DNA from: a virus
Taxonomy: Duplodnaviria; Caudoviricetes
DNA length: 64,000 nucleotides
IMG/VR virus record: IMGVR_UViG_3300005611_000002
Coordinates: 96,001-160,000 of that record
Direction: 5' to 3' (one strand)
The notes below the pieces were generated by a model. It worked only from the letters and a program-made list of their open reading frames with translations, made no database searches and was not told the DNA's origin. The position numbers and the translations under genes are program-made. Shown here piece after piece: positions 28,477 through 38,200 of the stretch; within the stretch, counting starts at the first letter, position 1, and every line of letters starts with the position of its first letter.

Positions 28477-29475
28477 CTATAGTTCTATTATCTTTGTTGC
28501 AGCTGAGTGACATTTACCTAGACTTGCGCTTCTCCAGTTAGTTCCGCCGGAAACAGTTTGTACTGGGCTTGATTGTCTTGTTGTCGAGTTATTGCCTAGT
28601 ATACCTGTGGAACCAAATCCCCACAACCAGAGGCTACCATCAGTCTTGATTGCAGCTGAGTGATAATTGCCTAAACTTACACTTCGCCAGTTAGTTCCAC
28701 CGGAAACTGTTTGTACTGGACTTGATTGACTTGCATTTGAGTTGTCACCTAGTTGGCCGGATGTGCCGGTGCCCCACATCCACAAGCTACCATCAGTTTT
28801 GATTGCAGCTGAGTGTCCGCCTAAGCTTACGCTTCGCCAGTTAGTTCCGCCGGAAACTGTTTGAACTGGGCTTGACTGACTTGCTGCTGAGTTGTTACCA
28901 ATTTGACCAGTAGTATTACATCCCCACAACCACAAGCTACCATCAGTCTTGATTGCAGCTGAAAGATTAATTCCTAGACTTACGCTTCTCCAGTTAGTTC
29001 CGCCGGAAACAGTTTGAACTGGACTTGACTGAAAAGTTGCTGTTGAGTTGTTACCAATTTGACCTATATTTCCAACACCCCACAACCAGAGACTGCCATC
29101 AGTCTTGATCGCGGCTGAGTGATTATTGCCTAAACTTACACTTCGCCAGTTAGTTCCGCCGGAAACAGTTTGAACTGGACTAGATCGAGCTGTTGTAGAG
29201 TTGTCGCCAAGTCTTAGTCCAGCGCCCCACGACCAGAGACTGCCATCGGTCTTGATTGCGGCTGAGTGATAATTGCCTAAACTTGCACTTCTCCAGTTAG
29301 TTCCGCCGGAAACAGTTTGAACTGGGCTTGATTGATTCGTTACTGAATTTGTACCGAGTCGGCCGTAGGCGCCACTACCCCACAACCACAGCTGTTTACC
29401 GGTAAATAGCTCGATCATTTCTTCGTCTGTGACGAATATGTCTTTTATACAACCACCCTGTGACAGTAATGGCAT
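28477..29475 (-). CDS. RCC1-repeat beta-propeller protein (6 repeats)
   Basis: Same repeat, 6 copies. Confidence 0.92.
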   Translation of the reverse strand: MPLLSQGGCIKDIFVTDEEMIELFTGKQLWLWGSGAYGRLGTNSVTNQSSPVQTVSGGTNWRSASLGNYHSAAIKTDGSLWSWGAGLRLGDNSTTARSSPVQTVSGGTNWRSVSLGNNHSAAIKTDGSLWLWGVGNIGQIGNNSTATFQSSPVQTVSGGTNWRSVSLGINLSAAIKTDGSLWLWGCNTTGQIGNNSAASQSSPVQTVSGGTNWRSVSLGGHSAAIKTDGSLWMWGTGTSGQLGDNSNASQSSPVQTVSGGTNWRSVSLGNYHSAAIKTDGSLWLWGFGSTGILGNNSTTRQSSPVQTVSGGTNWRSASLGKCHSAATKIIEL

Positions 29476-31148
29476 TAATCTTTCACCCTCTTACTTAGAT
29501 CCTTCACTGCTTGAATCAATATCGCAATAAGCGGAGTATAACTAACATAACTTTTATCATCATTCTTTGTTATTAATTCTGGCAAGATCTCTTCAAGCTG
29601 CTGAGCAACAACACCATAGCTTTTAATACCAGTATCTTTCCAATCAAACGAAACTACGTCTATTTCATTGAGTATATTAATTGGATTTTCTATCTCACTA
29701 AAATTTGTTTTTTCCGATATATCCGAAAGCGAGTTAAACTCAGTTGCGGATAGCCTTCCCGTAGAAGGTCTGAAAAATAGTTTAGTTGTACTCGCTTTTG
29801 GTGTTTGTTCACTACCAGCCGCTCCAACAAATACTGGGAAATGATCCGACGCAGTTGAAGTATCGTCTGTAGCTGTAATGCCACCAGAGCCGCCGTCTGC
29901 TCCTTGAATGCCTTGAAAACCTAAATCTCCTTGGATACCCTGAGTACCTTGGATGCCTTGAATACCCTGAGTACCTTGAGATCCTAAAGTTCCATCTATG
30001 CCCTGAATACCCTGGATACCTTGAATACCCTGAATACCCTGAGTACCTTGAGATCCTAAAGTTCCATCTATGCCCTGAATACCCTGGATACCTTGAATAC
30101 CCTGAGTACCTTGAGATCCTAAAGTTCCATCTATGCCCTGAATACCCTGGATACCTTGTGCACCAAGTGTTCCATCGTCGCCTTTGATACCCTGAATACC
30201 CTGAATACCCTGAATACCTTGTGCACCAAGTGTTCCATCGATACCCTGAATACCCAGATCGCCTTGGATACCTTGGATGCCTTGGATACCTTGAGATCCT
30301 AAAGTTCCATCTATGCCCTGAATACCCAGATCGCCCTGAATACCCTGAATACCCTGAATACCTTGTGCACCAAGTGTTCCATCGATACCTTGAATACCCA
30401 GATCGCCTTGGATACCTTGAGCACCTTGGATACCCTGAATACCCAGATCGCCCTGAATACCCAGATCACCTTGGATACCTTGAATACCCTGAATACCTTG
30501 TGCACCAAGTGTTCCATCGATACCCTGAATACCTAGATCGCCCTGGATACCTTGGATACCTTGAGTGCCAGCACCGGTTGCGCCCTGAATACCTAAATCA
30601 CCCTGGATACCTTGTATACCTTGAGTACCTTGAGCTCCTTGTACTCCAGAGAAACCGCGAGGTCCTTGAATGCCCTCTTCGCCTTGTACGCCTTGTGTGC
30701 CTTGAATGCCTTGAATGCCTTGAACACCCTGTGGACCCTTTATTTGTCCGGAATTAATCCAAGTAGTTCCGTCGTATGCCCACGCATCGCCAGTTGCCTC
30801 ATCGATTACTGCATCACCTGCAGTTGCTCCAGGAAATGCAGTATTTAGTGTACTTTGCGGATCGTTAGGCGGGTTTACATTAACATCCGCAACAGATCCT
30901 ATCAAATTAATGCTCGGAGAATAAGCACCTTGAAGTCCCTGAAGTCCCTGAATCCCTTGAGTACCTTGTATACCTTGTGGTCCAGGTGATACAATATTCC
31001 AGCTACTACCATCAGATACTCTAATGGTTGTATCATCAGCATATATAATTGCGCCTTCGTACATGGCTGGATCAAGCTCTATAGGTAGAGCTTGTTTAAA
31101 CGCCGGTCCAATTACTTTAGTTTTGCCTCTTAAGGATTTAATTGACAT
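29475..31148 (-). CDS. collagen-like tail fibre with C-terminal intramolecular chaperone (peptidase S74-like)
   Basis: About 100 G-X-Q/G-X-X triplets; C-terminal SD...K.N, F.WKD, GVVAQ.LE..LPEL, Y..LI..LI.AVK.L. Confidence 0.88.
   Translation of the reverse strand: MSIKSLRGKTKVIGPAFKQALPIELDPAMYEGAIIYADDTTIRVSDGSSWNIVSPGPQGIQGTQGIQGLQGLQGAYSPSINLIGSVADVNVNPPNDPQSTLNTAFPGATAGDAVIDEATGDAWAYDGTTWINSGQIKGPQGVQGIQGIQGTQGVQGEEGIQGPRGFSGVQGAQGTQGIQGIQGDLGIQGATGAGTQGIQGIQGDLGIQGIDGTLGAQGIQGIQGIQGDLGIQGDLGIQGIQGAQGIQGDLGIQGIDGTLGAQGIQGIQGIQGDLGIQGIDGTLGSQGIQGIQGIQGDLGIQGIDGTLGAQGIQGIQGIQGIKGDDGTLGAQGIQGIQGIDGTLGSQGTQGIQGIQGIQGIDGTLGSQGTQGIQGIQGIQGIQGIDGTLGSQGTQGIQGIQGTQGIQGDLGFQGIQGADGGSGGITATDDTSTASDHFPVFVGAAGSEQTPKASTTKLFFRPSTGRLSATEFNSLSDISEKTNFSEIENPINILNEIDVVSFDWKDTGIKSYGVVAQQLEEILPELITKNDDKSYVSYTPLIAILIQAVKDLSKRVKD
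29895..30740 (-). repeat. collagen-like repeat with higher-order GIQGIDGTLG(A/S)Q and GDL units
   Basis: Near-identical DNA blocks, e.g. ccttgagatcctaaagttccatctatgccctgaatac, 4 copies. Confidence 0.9.
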
Positions 31149-31153
31149 GGTCT

Positions 31154-31624
31154 TTAATTATCCTGTATAAACTCTTCTGCTTGTCCCAATGTAAACGAAA
31201 TTGTTACGTCAACCGCGTCGTTTGAATCAGCTTTTGCTTCTAGTACATCTCCATTATAAAAGAATTGCCCGTTCATTGGAAAGAATAGAGTATCGTATGC
31301 TGCAATAGGTATATTGGTAGCAAGTGAAAAGGTCGCTGATACACTTGTGGGAGGCTCAGATGAATAATCATAGAGACGATACACTCTTATATCAATATAT
31401 GCAGTGTTTGCTGTCTTGTTTGACATAATGAGCGGTGTAATTACTTCAGCGACACCTGGTGCTTCTACTGTAGATCCACCGAAGACGAGTTCGGGAATTT
31501 CAAAATTCGGAACTTCAATTAGTGTACCGCCTGAAAAGTTTGTGGTTAAGGTTTTGTTTACTCCAACTGGTTTTGCGTCCGGAGACTGTGTAGTTGATAC
31601 AGTAACTATTGTATTTGCTGTCAT
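31154..31624 (-). CDS. virion structural protein
   Basis: 156 aa beta-rich protein in the fibre operon, translationally coupled. Confidence 0.55.
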   Translation of the reverse strand: MTANTIVTVSTTQSPDAKPVGVNKTLTTNFSGGTLIEVPNFEIPELVFGGSTVEAPGVAEVITPLIMSNKTANTAYIDIRVYRLYDYSSEPPTSVSATFSLATNIPIAAYDTLFFPMNGQFFYNGDVLEAKADSNDAVDVTISFTLGQAEEFIQDN

Positions 31625-33897
31625 AATGCTGCCCTACTGTTTGAAGCTCGACGAGCTAGTTTTCTTACTGAAGATGTGAATGGTCTTCCTTCAAGACGAC
31701 CGGTTCTACCGTTAATTCTGAGACCTTGAGCAAAATATTGGTTATTGAGCTCGTCTGCGCCCGACCATCTTACTCTACCACTTTCTTCTTGTAATACAGA
31801 AGCAGCAGCAGAGATCGGTTGACCGAGTCTTCTGAAGTTAAGTGGAAGTGCGTTTACGTTCACGCCAGCTGAAGCAAGGTTGAATTGGTGTGATAGACTT
31901 TCTACAAGACTTCCAAACGCGAGTGTACTTGGTGCTCTTACACTTGCAATGAGAACGTCATCAATTAGGCCATCTAACATTGCTTCTTCTGACGCAGTAT
32001 TAGCTCCGCCAGAAAGATTTGTGACTATGTAATCTCTCATACGATCCCAAGAGTCTGTAAATGCATCGAGAAGATTAGTATCATTTGGTCCATCGCTAAT
32101 CCAAGTACTTCCATCTGAATAGTAAATTGTTCCTTCATAGAAGTTTGTACTTGAATCATATACAATATAGGAGTCATTTATATCGACAGAAGTTGCTGCA
32201 GGAAGATCTCCAAAACTTGCTACACTATCTATATAAGTAAGATCAGCTGTATTAGCACTGAACACCGAAAAGACATGCTCGCCTTTATAATTGAACAAAC
32301 CAGAAGTAAAAATTCTTGTTGCAACTTGACGACCGACTTTAAAATCATTTGCTATAGATATCAAAAAGTTATTGGCGTCACGGCGTGTGAGTTCTTCATT
32401 AACCGTATTTGCTGAATATCCTTGAGTCACAGTCAAGTAATCCCACATATCGTCTATAATCGTGTTTGCGTTGTCGAGAATAGACTGCGCATAACTTGTA
32501 TTAGCAACGAGACTTGCGTTTGTTGTGTAAGGATTAAATACCGGCGTAGAACCCTTTGCACGCATTGAAATGTCGCCAAATTGAGTACCGGAGTTGTTAA
32601 GTGTAATTTGGCCGCCGTCAAGAGCATAGAAAGCACATCTCGCAAAGATTGAAAGAGAAGAGATACCATTGATACCAGCACCATTCTTTGCTACGTAGCC
32701 AAGACCGTTCTGCGTTCTAGGAGTTGCGCCGAAACATAGAATATATGGGAAGATTGAGTCTTGATCTACTACAGCACGGTCTGCGAGTATCATTCCTCCA
32801 CCACGACCGACTTCTTTATTCGGAAAATCTTCTTCACCGATCGCGTCAATTGTCGCTGTTCCCCCTGAAGAAGAAACAAGCGTAGTGTTTGCGATCAGAT
32901 CTTCGTTATTGTTTCGAATGTAGATTGTTCCGCTTCCAATTTCATCAACTCTAGAAACAACACCAGTTATGCTTGTGTTTGCGATCTCGACTGTGTCACC
33001 AACTTCGAATACTCCTGTAACACTGCTCACATTTACTTCATAACCAAGATCAACGCCGTCACCCTTGCTGTTAAAAGGATTTAATGGAGGAGCAATTTCT
33101 CTTTCAAGATAATTTGAAATCTGGCTACAGTCTCGAACATACGGAGATCTAGTAATTCGAACTCCTGGACGAAACGCAAACGCAAAACCACCGGTTGGAT
33201 AGTCGAAGTTATTTACTTGAAGATTGAAGAATGAGAAGCCTTGAACATAACATCCAGAACCTAGAAGTATACAGTTTTTCTTTTCGTATCCAGAATTCAT
33301 AACAATTGTTGTTGTATATTGTCCAGTTTCTGAAGTCATAGAACAGAAGTCTGGAAGAGCTAGTTCGCCGTTTGTGTAGTAAGTTCCTGGAAGAACAGTG
33401 ATGTTAACAGATTTTCTGTTGAGAATTCCGGGATCTACACTTGCGACTGCAGTCTGTGCTAGTTCAAACGCTTTTTCGAGTGTTGCAACCGGAGCTAAAT
33501 AACTTCCGACATTTGAGTCGTCGCCTTCCACACTGACATAAATCTTCTTGGCTTTCTTGGCAGTAGTTGCTATTTCATTATAGAGTTGTGAATAAGAAAT
33601 AGCGACCGTAGTTCCAAGAGAAATATCTTTCAGATAGAAATAGTCATTATCTTGAATTCCTGGAGTAAATGCTGTATCAACAGATATATTTGGATTGTTG
33701 ATCGGTATATTATTGATGTATTCACCACCATCAATTTTAATCTTATCAAAAACTTCTTGCTGTATTGCATTTACTAATTCTGCGCGCGTAATATTCTTTG
33801 TACCGTCATCGCCCTGCACAAGGTTCACAGTTACGAAAAGATCTTCTGATCTCGTATTACTGCCTGTAATTGTACCTAGTTCTGAAATCTTTGACAT
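31621..33897 (-). CDS. virion structural/fibre-base protein with beta-helix-like region
   Basis: MSKISEL..TKNIT N-terminus; IYVS..GDDSN.G...P.AT...A, V.PG.Y, RSPYVRDC motifs. Confidence 0.65.
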   Translation of the reverse strand: MSKISELGTITGSNTRSEDLFVTVNLVQGDDGTKNITRAELVNAIQQEVFDKIKIDGGEYINNIPINNPNISVDTAFTPGIQDNDYFYLKDISLGTTVAISYSQLYNEIATTAKKAKKIYVSVEGDDSNVGSYLAPVATLEKAFELAQTAVASVDPGILNRKSVNITVLPGTYYTNGELALPDFCSMTSETGQYTTTIVMNSGYEKKNCILLGSGCYVQGFSFFNLQVNNFDYPTGGFAFAFRPGVRITRSPYVRDCSQISNYLEREIAPPLNPFNSKGDGVDLGYEVNVSSVTGVFEVGDTVEIANTSITGVVSRVDEIGSGTIYIRNNNEDLIANTTLVSSSGGTATIDAIGEEDFPNKEVGRGGGMILADRAVVDQDSIFPYILCFGATPRTQNGLGYVAKNGAGINGISSLSIFARCAFYALDGGQITLNNSGTQFGDISMRAKGSTPVFNPYTTNASLVANTSYAQSILDNANTIIDDMWDYLTVTQGYSANTVNEELTRRDANNFLISIANDFKVGRQVATRIFTSGLFNYKGEHVFSVFSANTADLTYIDSVASFGDLPAATSVDINDSYIVYDSSTNFYEGTIYYSDGSTWISDGPNDTNLLDAFTDSWDRMRDYIVTNLSGGANTASEEAMLDGLIDDVLIASVRAPSTLAFGSLVESLSHQFNLASAGVNVNALPLNFRRLGQPISAAASVLQEESGRVRWSGADELNNQYFAQGLRINGRTGRLEGRPFTSSVRKLARRASNSRAAL

Positions 33898-33919
33898 GCT
33901 AGAGAAGCCTTTTTATTTC

Positions 33920-33927
33920 TATTTATA
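33920..33927 (-). promoter_or_regulatory. T4 late promoter TATAAATA
   Basis: Exact consensus overlapping the stop of 33923-35044. Confidence 0.75.
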
Positions 33928-35044
33928 ACTTCATAATGTAGGCAAGTGCGTAATATGGCGGCCTGTTTTCGTGCGACTGACCGCCGCCTATTGAGGCTGT
34001 GTAACCAGTGACTTCGTGGGTGTGTGCGCCAGCTGAATTTGTTGTGAGTGTTTGTGTGCTCTGTTGTTTATCTGAACCACCATCGGCCGAGTCCACAAAA
34101 CTACCTCCACCAAGTAAATAACTATCACTGTAGGTATGCGTATGTGCGCCAGCGGAACTTGTTTCAAGATTGCCTGCGTCATGAGTGTGTGTTGGCATTT
34201 GTGCAAGTGTGAGTGTTACACTATCAGCACCGCCCGTGTTGGCGACGCCGTAACTATCACCTGCACCGACAATGAATCTATTCTGTAGATTTGGCGTATC
34301 GTTATCACCATCACAAAGGGCCCAACCAGACGGAATATCTTCAATACTGCCTGACCACATAATAATACCACCTTGAGGGACCACCCCAAATGTCGAAGGA
34401 ACTTGTACAGTTGTGGCATCAGAAAAATCTAAAGTACCCCCGCTCTCGATAGTAACGTTGCCGGTTAAATCACCGGTTACATTACCCGTGACATTACCAG
34501 TCAAGTTTCCGGTTACATTACCAGTCAAGTTTCCGGTTACATTACCCGTGACATCAGCAGTGACTGTACCGCCTCCACTATTAGTAATAGATCCAGCAAT
34601 TGTTAAATCGCCTGCTGGAGTAAGCTTTAATCTTTCTGCAGCAGATCCATTGTTAATTGTAAAATCTTGAGAATTAAGAAAACCTACATCCCAAGAAACT
34701 GAATCATTATTTAGTCTTAAAACAGGGTTAGCTGAATTGCTAAAAGATTCAATACCAACTCTTTGTGAACTACTTATTATAGTAGGAGCTTCGATTGTAA
34801 CATCTGTACTTGTTGTTTCGATCTTGTCTGTTCTTAATCTCGTTTCAGCTGTAATCGTATTGGCCGCAAAAGTTCCAATCAGCGTTGCAACCTTTGGGCT
34901 TGATACACTTCCCGTTGTATCACCTGGAGATGCAGACGCTGTAAGCACATCTGTGCCAATAAGATTAACTAATTCATTCGTTCTATCAAGCCAAACCTGA
35001 AATGTATTATTTGCGCTGATGTTGATTAAGCCTGTCTTTGCCAT
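33923..35044 (-). CDS. short tail fibre-like protein with tail collar domain
   Basis: TF..W...TN N-terminus; (VTGN/LTGN)n repeat; P.G.I.MWSG..IPSGWALCDG..PNL..RF; three HTH (HxH) motifs; HEN.PPYYALAYIMK. Confidence 0.82.
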   Translation of the reverse strand: MAKTGLINISANNTFQVWLDRTNELVNLIGTDVLTASASPGDTTGSVSSPKVATLIGTFAANTITAETRLRTDKIETTSTDVTIEAPTIISSSQRVGIESFSNSANPVLRLNNDSVSWDVGFLNSQDFTINNGSAAERLKLTPAGDLTIAGSITNSGGGTVTADVTGNVTGNLTGNVTGNLTGNVTGNVTGDLTGNVTIESGGTLDFSDATTVQVPSTFGVVPQGGIIMWSGSIEDIPSGWALCDGDNDTPNLQNRFIVGAGDSYGVANTGGADSVTLTLAQMPTHTHDAGNLETSSAGAHTHTYSDSYLLGGGSFVDSADGGSDKQQSTQTLTTNSAGAHTHEVTGYTASIGGGQSHENRPPYYALAYIMKL

Positions 35045-35224
35045 TTATCTACTTTCCATCTTTTCTATAACATCACATAATCTCGAAAGAGTTTGCTTTA
35101 CATCTTGAAGCTCTTCACCTAGTTTTTCGACCTTGCGATAACTATCTCTTTCCAATTTATATTTATTGAGAGCAGCCGCATCGGCGTTGATAATTGCTTT
35201 CGATTTTTGATCTCGATAAATCAT
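35045..35224 (-). CDS. small coiled-coil virion protein
   Basis: Manually translated, 59 aa: MIYRDQKSKAIINAD...LSRLCDVIEKMESR; ATGA-coupled to the upstream gene. Confidence 0.7.
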   Translation of the reverse strand: MIYRDQKSKAIINADAAALNKYKLERDSYRKVEKLGEELQDVKQTLSRLCDVIEKMESR

Positions 35225-38200
35225 GTGAGTGCAATTCCTCTGTAATCAAGCAGCCTTGGCGCTTTGAATATGTTTTCGGATAGTAACTCGATCTTGATTG
35301 CAAATCGTCGATAACCACTGAATGAACCTAGATCATTGGTATAATTTAGTACTCCTGCGGTTTTGGCGGAGTCTGGCACGCGGTATACAAACTCTCTGAA
35401 ATCATAAATGTTGCTGATCGAAGAATAAGTATTGATACCTTGAGTCAACTCAAGTTCTACCCAATTATTTACATCGAAGACTTCAGGATCATTTGCTGCT
35501 TGTGGTCGAATGTAGACCTTGATGTCAGTTCCGTTTGGTCTATAACCAGTTACGAAGATCTGAAAGTCTTCAGCATCAAGATTTTCAGCAAGTTCTACTG
35601 TCCGCGAAATGTATTTTGCCGTAGTATCAGAAGAGTTTGTGATCTTCCACTGATAGGCAAGGACAGAAGATGTTTCGATGTCAATAAACGGTGTTGATGT
35701 AACATTACTCGCGTTAGCAAGCGATACTGTAAGATCCATAGTCTTAGTTCTAGCAATATCATTTGATTTACTGAAAACTGTCATACCAGTCTTACCAAAT
35801 GTTGTTTTATCATTGAATTGCATCAACTGAGTATAGGTATTTGTAGTATTATTTGGATCAACAAAGGTCCCACTTAAAGAAGTTGAAGTCACACTATCAT
35901 TCGTCCTCATGATCATCGGTTGAATGTAACTAAATTCTATATTGTCCATAGATGTAATTGTAGCAACAGAACTACTATCAAAGCCGTAAATCGTATCACT
36001 TGCTTCAAACTTTCTTGAAGCAGTCGCCGATGAACCTTCGAGTATCATGAAGTTCGGATATCTAAAGTCATAATGACGAAGAGTACCGATAGTCACTGGA
36101 TTACCAGCAGCGTTAGCGCTAAACGACGCTGGACGATCTGCTACGATCACACTTGAGTTCGCACTAACCACTTTGAACAGTTGCTTATTTGAAGCACCGT
36201 CATCAACTAAAATATAATCATCAGTTGCGTATGTTGTTGATAGATTGGTGCCTGTTATTTCATTATTTCCAGGCGATATGCTGACAGTATTTGAAGTATT
36301 AGAATCACTCGGATGAATCGTATAAACAACTTCGCCAGTCTTGAATCTTCCGATATTGTTTTCGGTAGTGATGAACTCGTGATCATTATTGGTAAGCGTT
36401 ACTGTACCGGAAGAAACATTGAAGTTGTGGCGATACAGATTAAACTTGATGTCTTCATCTTGATATGATTGCCAAGCACGGTTGTTAGTTGACGTGAAAA
36501 GAACACCGTCGCCCCAGTCTTGAACAATCGATCTACCTTGATTGTCACCAGGTGTAAGATCGGTGCCACCAACCTTTGATGTAAAGATAAGATAATCAGG
36601 GTTTGCAGCATCTGGTATTACAACTACTGCATATTCTTTTTCAACATCCAAACGAACTGGAGCAGGGAATGTAATTGTAGTTACCGCTGAAGCGTCATCA
36701 GATATACTAACTTCAGAAGGCGTGAGATGTACTCTTGAAAACGGGACGTTCTGATAAGAAGGATAACCGTTTAGAACTTCACGTATTTCTACAGTCACAC
36801 CGTAAGTTGAACTTTTACGTTTGAAGTAAAGATCGATTTTTGAAGCAAATACGGTATCAGAACCTCTTCCCATACCTTGCTTGATAAAGAATGTTTGAGC
36901 AAGTGGATCACCACCATCTTCCTCCCAACGTTCTTCACGTTGTTCTATAGTTGTAATTCTTCTTGTAACGTTACGCTCAGATGTAATCTGCTCAATAAAA
37001 TTAGTAGGTTGACGCGTGGAAGCTGTAAGAGAAGACCTTTCAATTGAGAAATTATATGCTCGATAAGTGACTGATCCGTATGAAGTTGAAGCGCTAGCAA
37101 TGGTATTGTAAGCATCAACGTCAACTATTTCTAACTTTCTATCACCAACAAAAAATGTTTCAGCTGGAATATCAAATACCGCAGTAATTACACCGTTTTC
37201 ATTTGATGTGATAGGATCTCCGAAGTTGCCGTTTCTATGAACTTCTGCAGCGCTATCAACGTCATCGCCTGGAGCAACGAATTGATTTACGTCAACTTCA
37301 TCAAAGAAGAAATAATGTCTTGTATTTGGGCGCAAACCAGACATATATACGTTAACTTCTCTTGGAGCCATAAATGGATTAAAGTTGATATTAGAAACAA
37401 AGTCTCCAACTGGCGTTTCACTTATCTGTTCGCCCGAAACTTGAAGCGTATTAAAGGTTTCTCTCACAGTGTCTGTAAATGTAGTCGTCGTGGTTATTTG
37501 ATTCCCATCTTGTCTACGATTTCTTCCTGTAAGCCGAGAATTAAGAACTTCTCTGCTTGTAGCAGTTAATGGTACTACTTCGTTAATTGCATCTGCAAAT
37601 TGGCTTAATGGTGTTACTAAATCAATATCAATAGAAACTGGATTTGTAGTAACATCGTAAAGTGCGTCGTACTCGGGATCAAGAGAACCAACACCACGGT
37701 ATGAATAGAAGTTACTTACACAATTTCTAAACTCTGTAGCATATGGCTGATTGATAATCGAGACATCTTGATCTCTTGAAAGTGTAGCAGCACGAGCGTC
37801 AGCAGTAGATGGGAATATAGTACCAGAAGAATTACTCTTGTACTTCATATTAATTGGAAACGATTTAACAGCTGGCATCAATGACTTTTCAGCAAAATCA
37901 ATCGCAGCATTAAAATCGGCACTTTCAACGTTTGCTATATTCAGATCATTAAATGGATCAACGATGATACCATTCTTGAATCTGGACAAGCCGTTTTCAT
38001 CGAGAATGTTTAGATTTGTTGTTTCGATTTCAAGAGCAGTAAGAAGAACGTAGTATTTAAGAGCATCAACTTTTCGGTCGATTTTTTCAATGTCTCGCAT
38101 CTTGTATGCTTTTGTACCCTTTGTGGTAACTTTTACTCCATACGCGGGTCTATTTTGAGCATATGCTTCTTCGGGCGTAAGAGCTGGAACTCCGGGTACA

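Larger units (their letters stand above)
25420..29400 (-). repeat. ~156 bp tandem coding repeat, 20 copies across three genes
   Basis: Recurring ccccacaaccacaagctaccatcagtcttgattgcagctgagtg and cttcgccagttagttccaccggaaactgtttgaactggact blocks. Confidence 0.9.

Noticed and set aside
25404-29475. CRISPR array or DGR interpretation of the regular repeats
   Set aside because: Repeats are in-frame coding units of ~156 bp with synonymous variation; no cas, reverse transcriptase or template repeat is visible in the window.
30221-30848. Overlapping ORFs in the second collagen gene
   Set aside because: Same low-complexity shadow effect.
34460-34560. 12-bp tandem repeat
   Set aside because: Encodes the VTGN/LTGN fibre shaft repeat, common in phage fibres.
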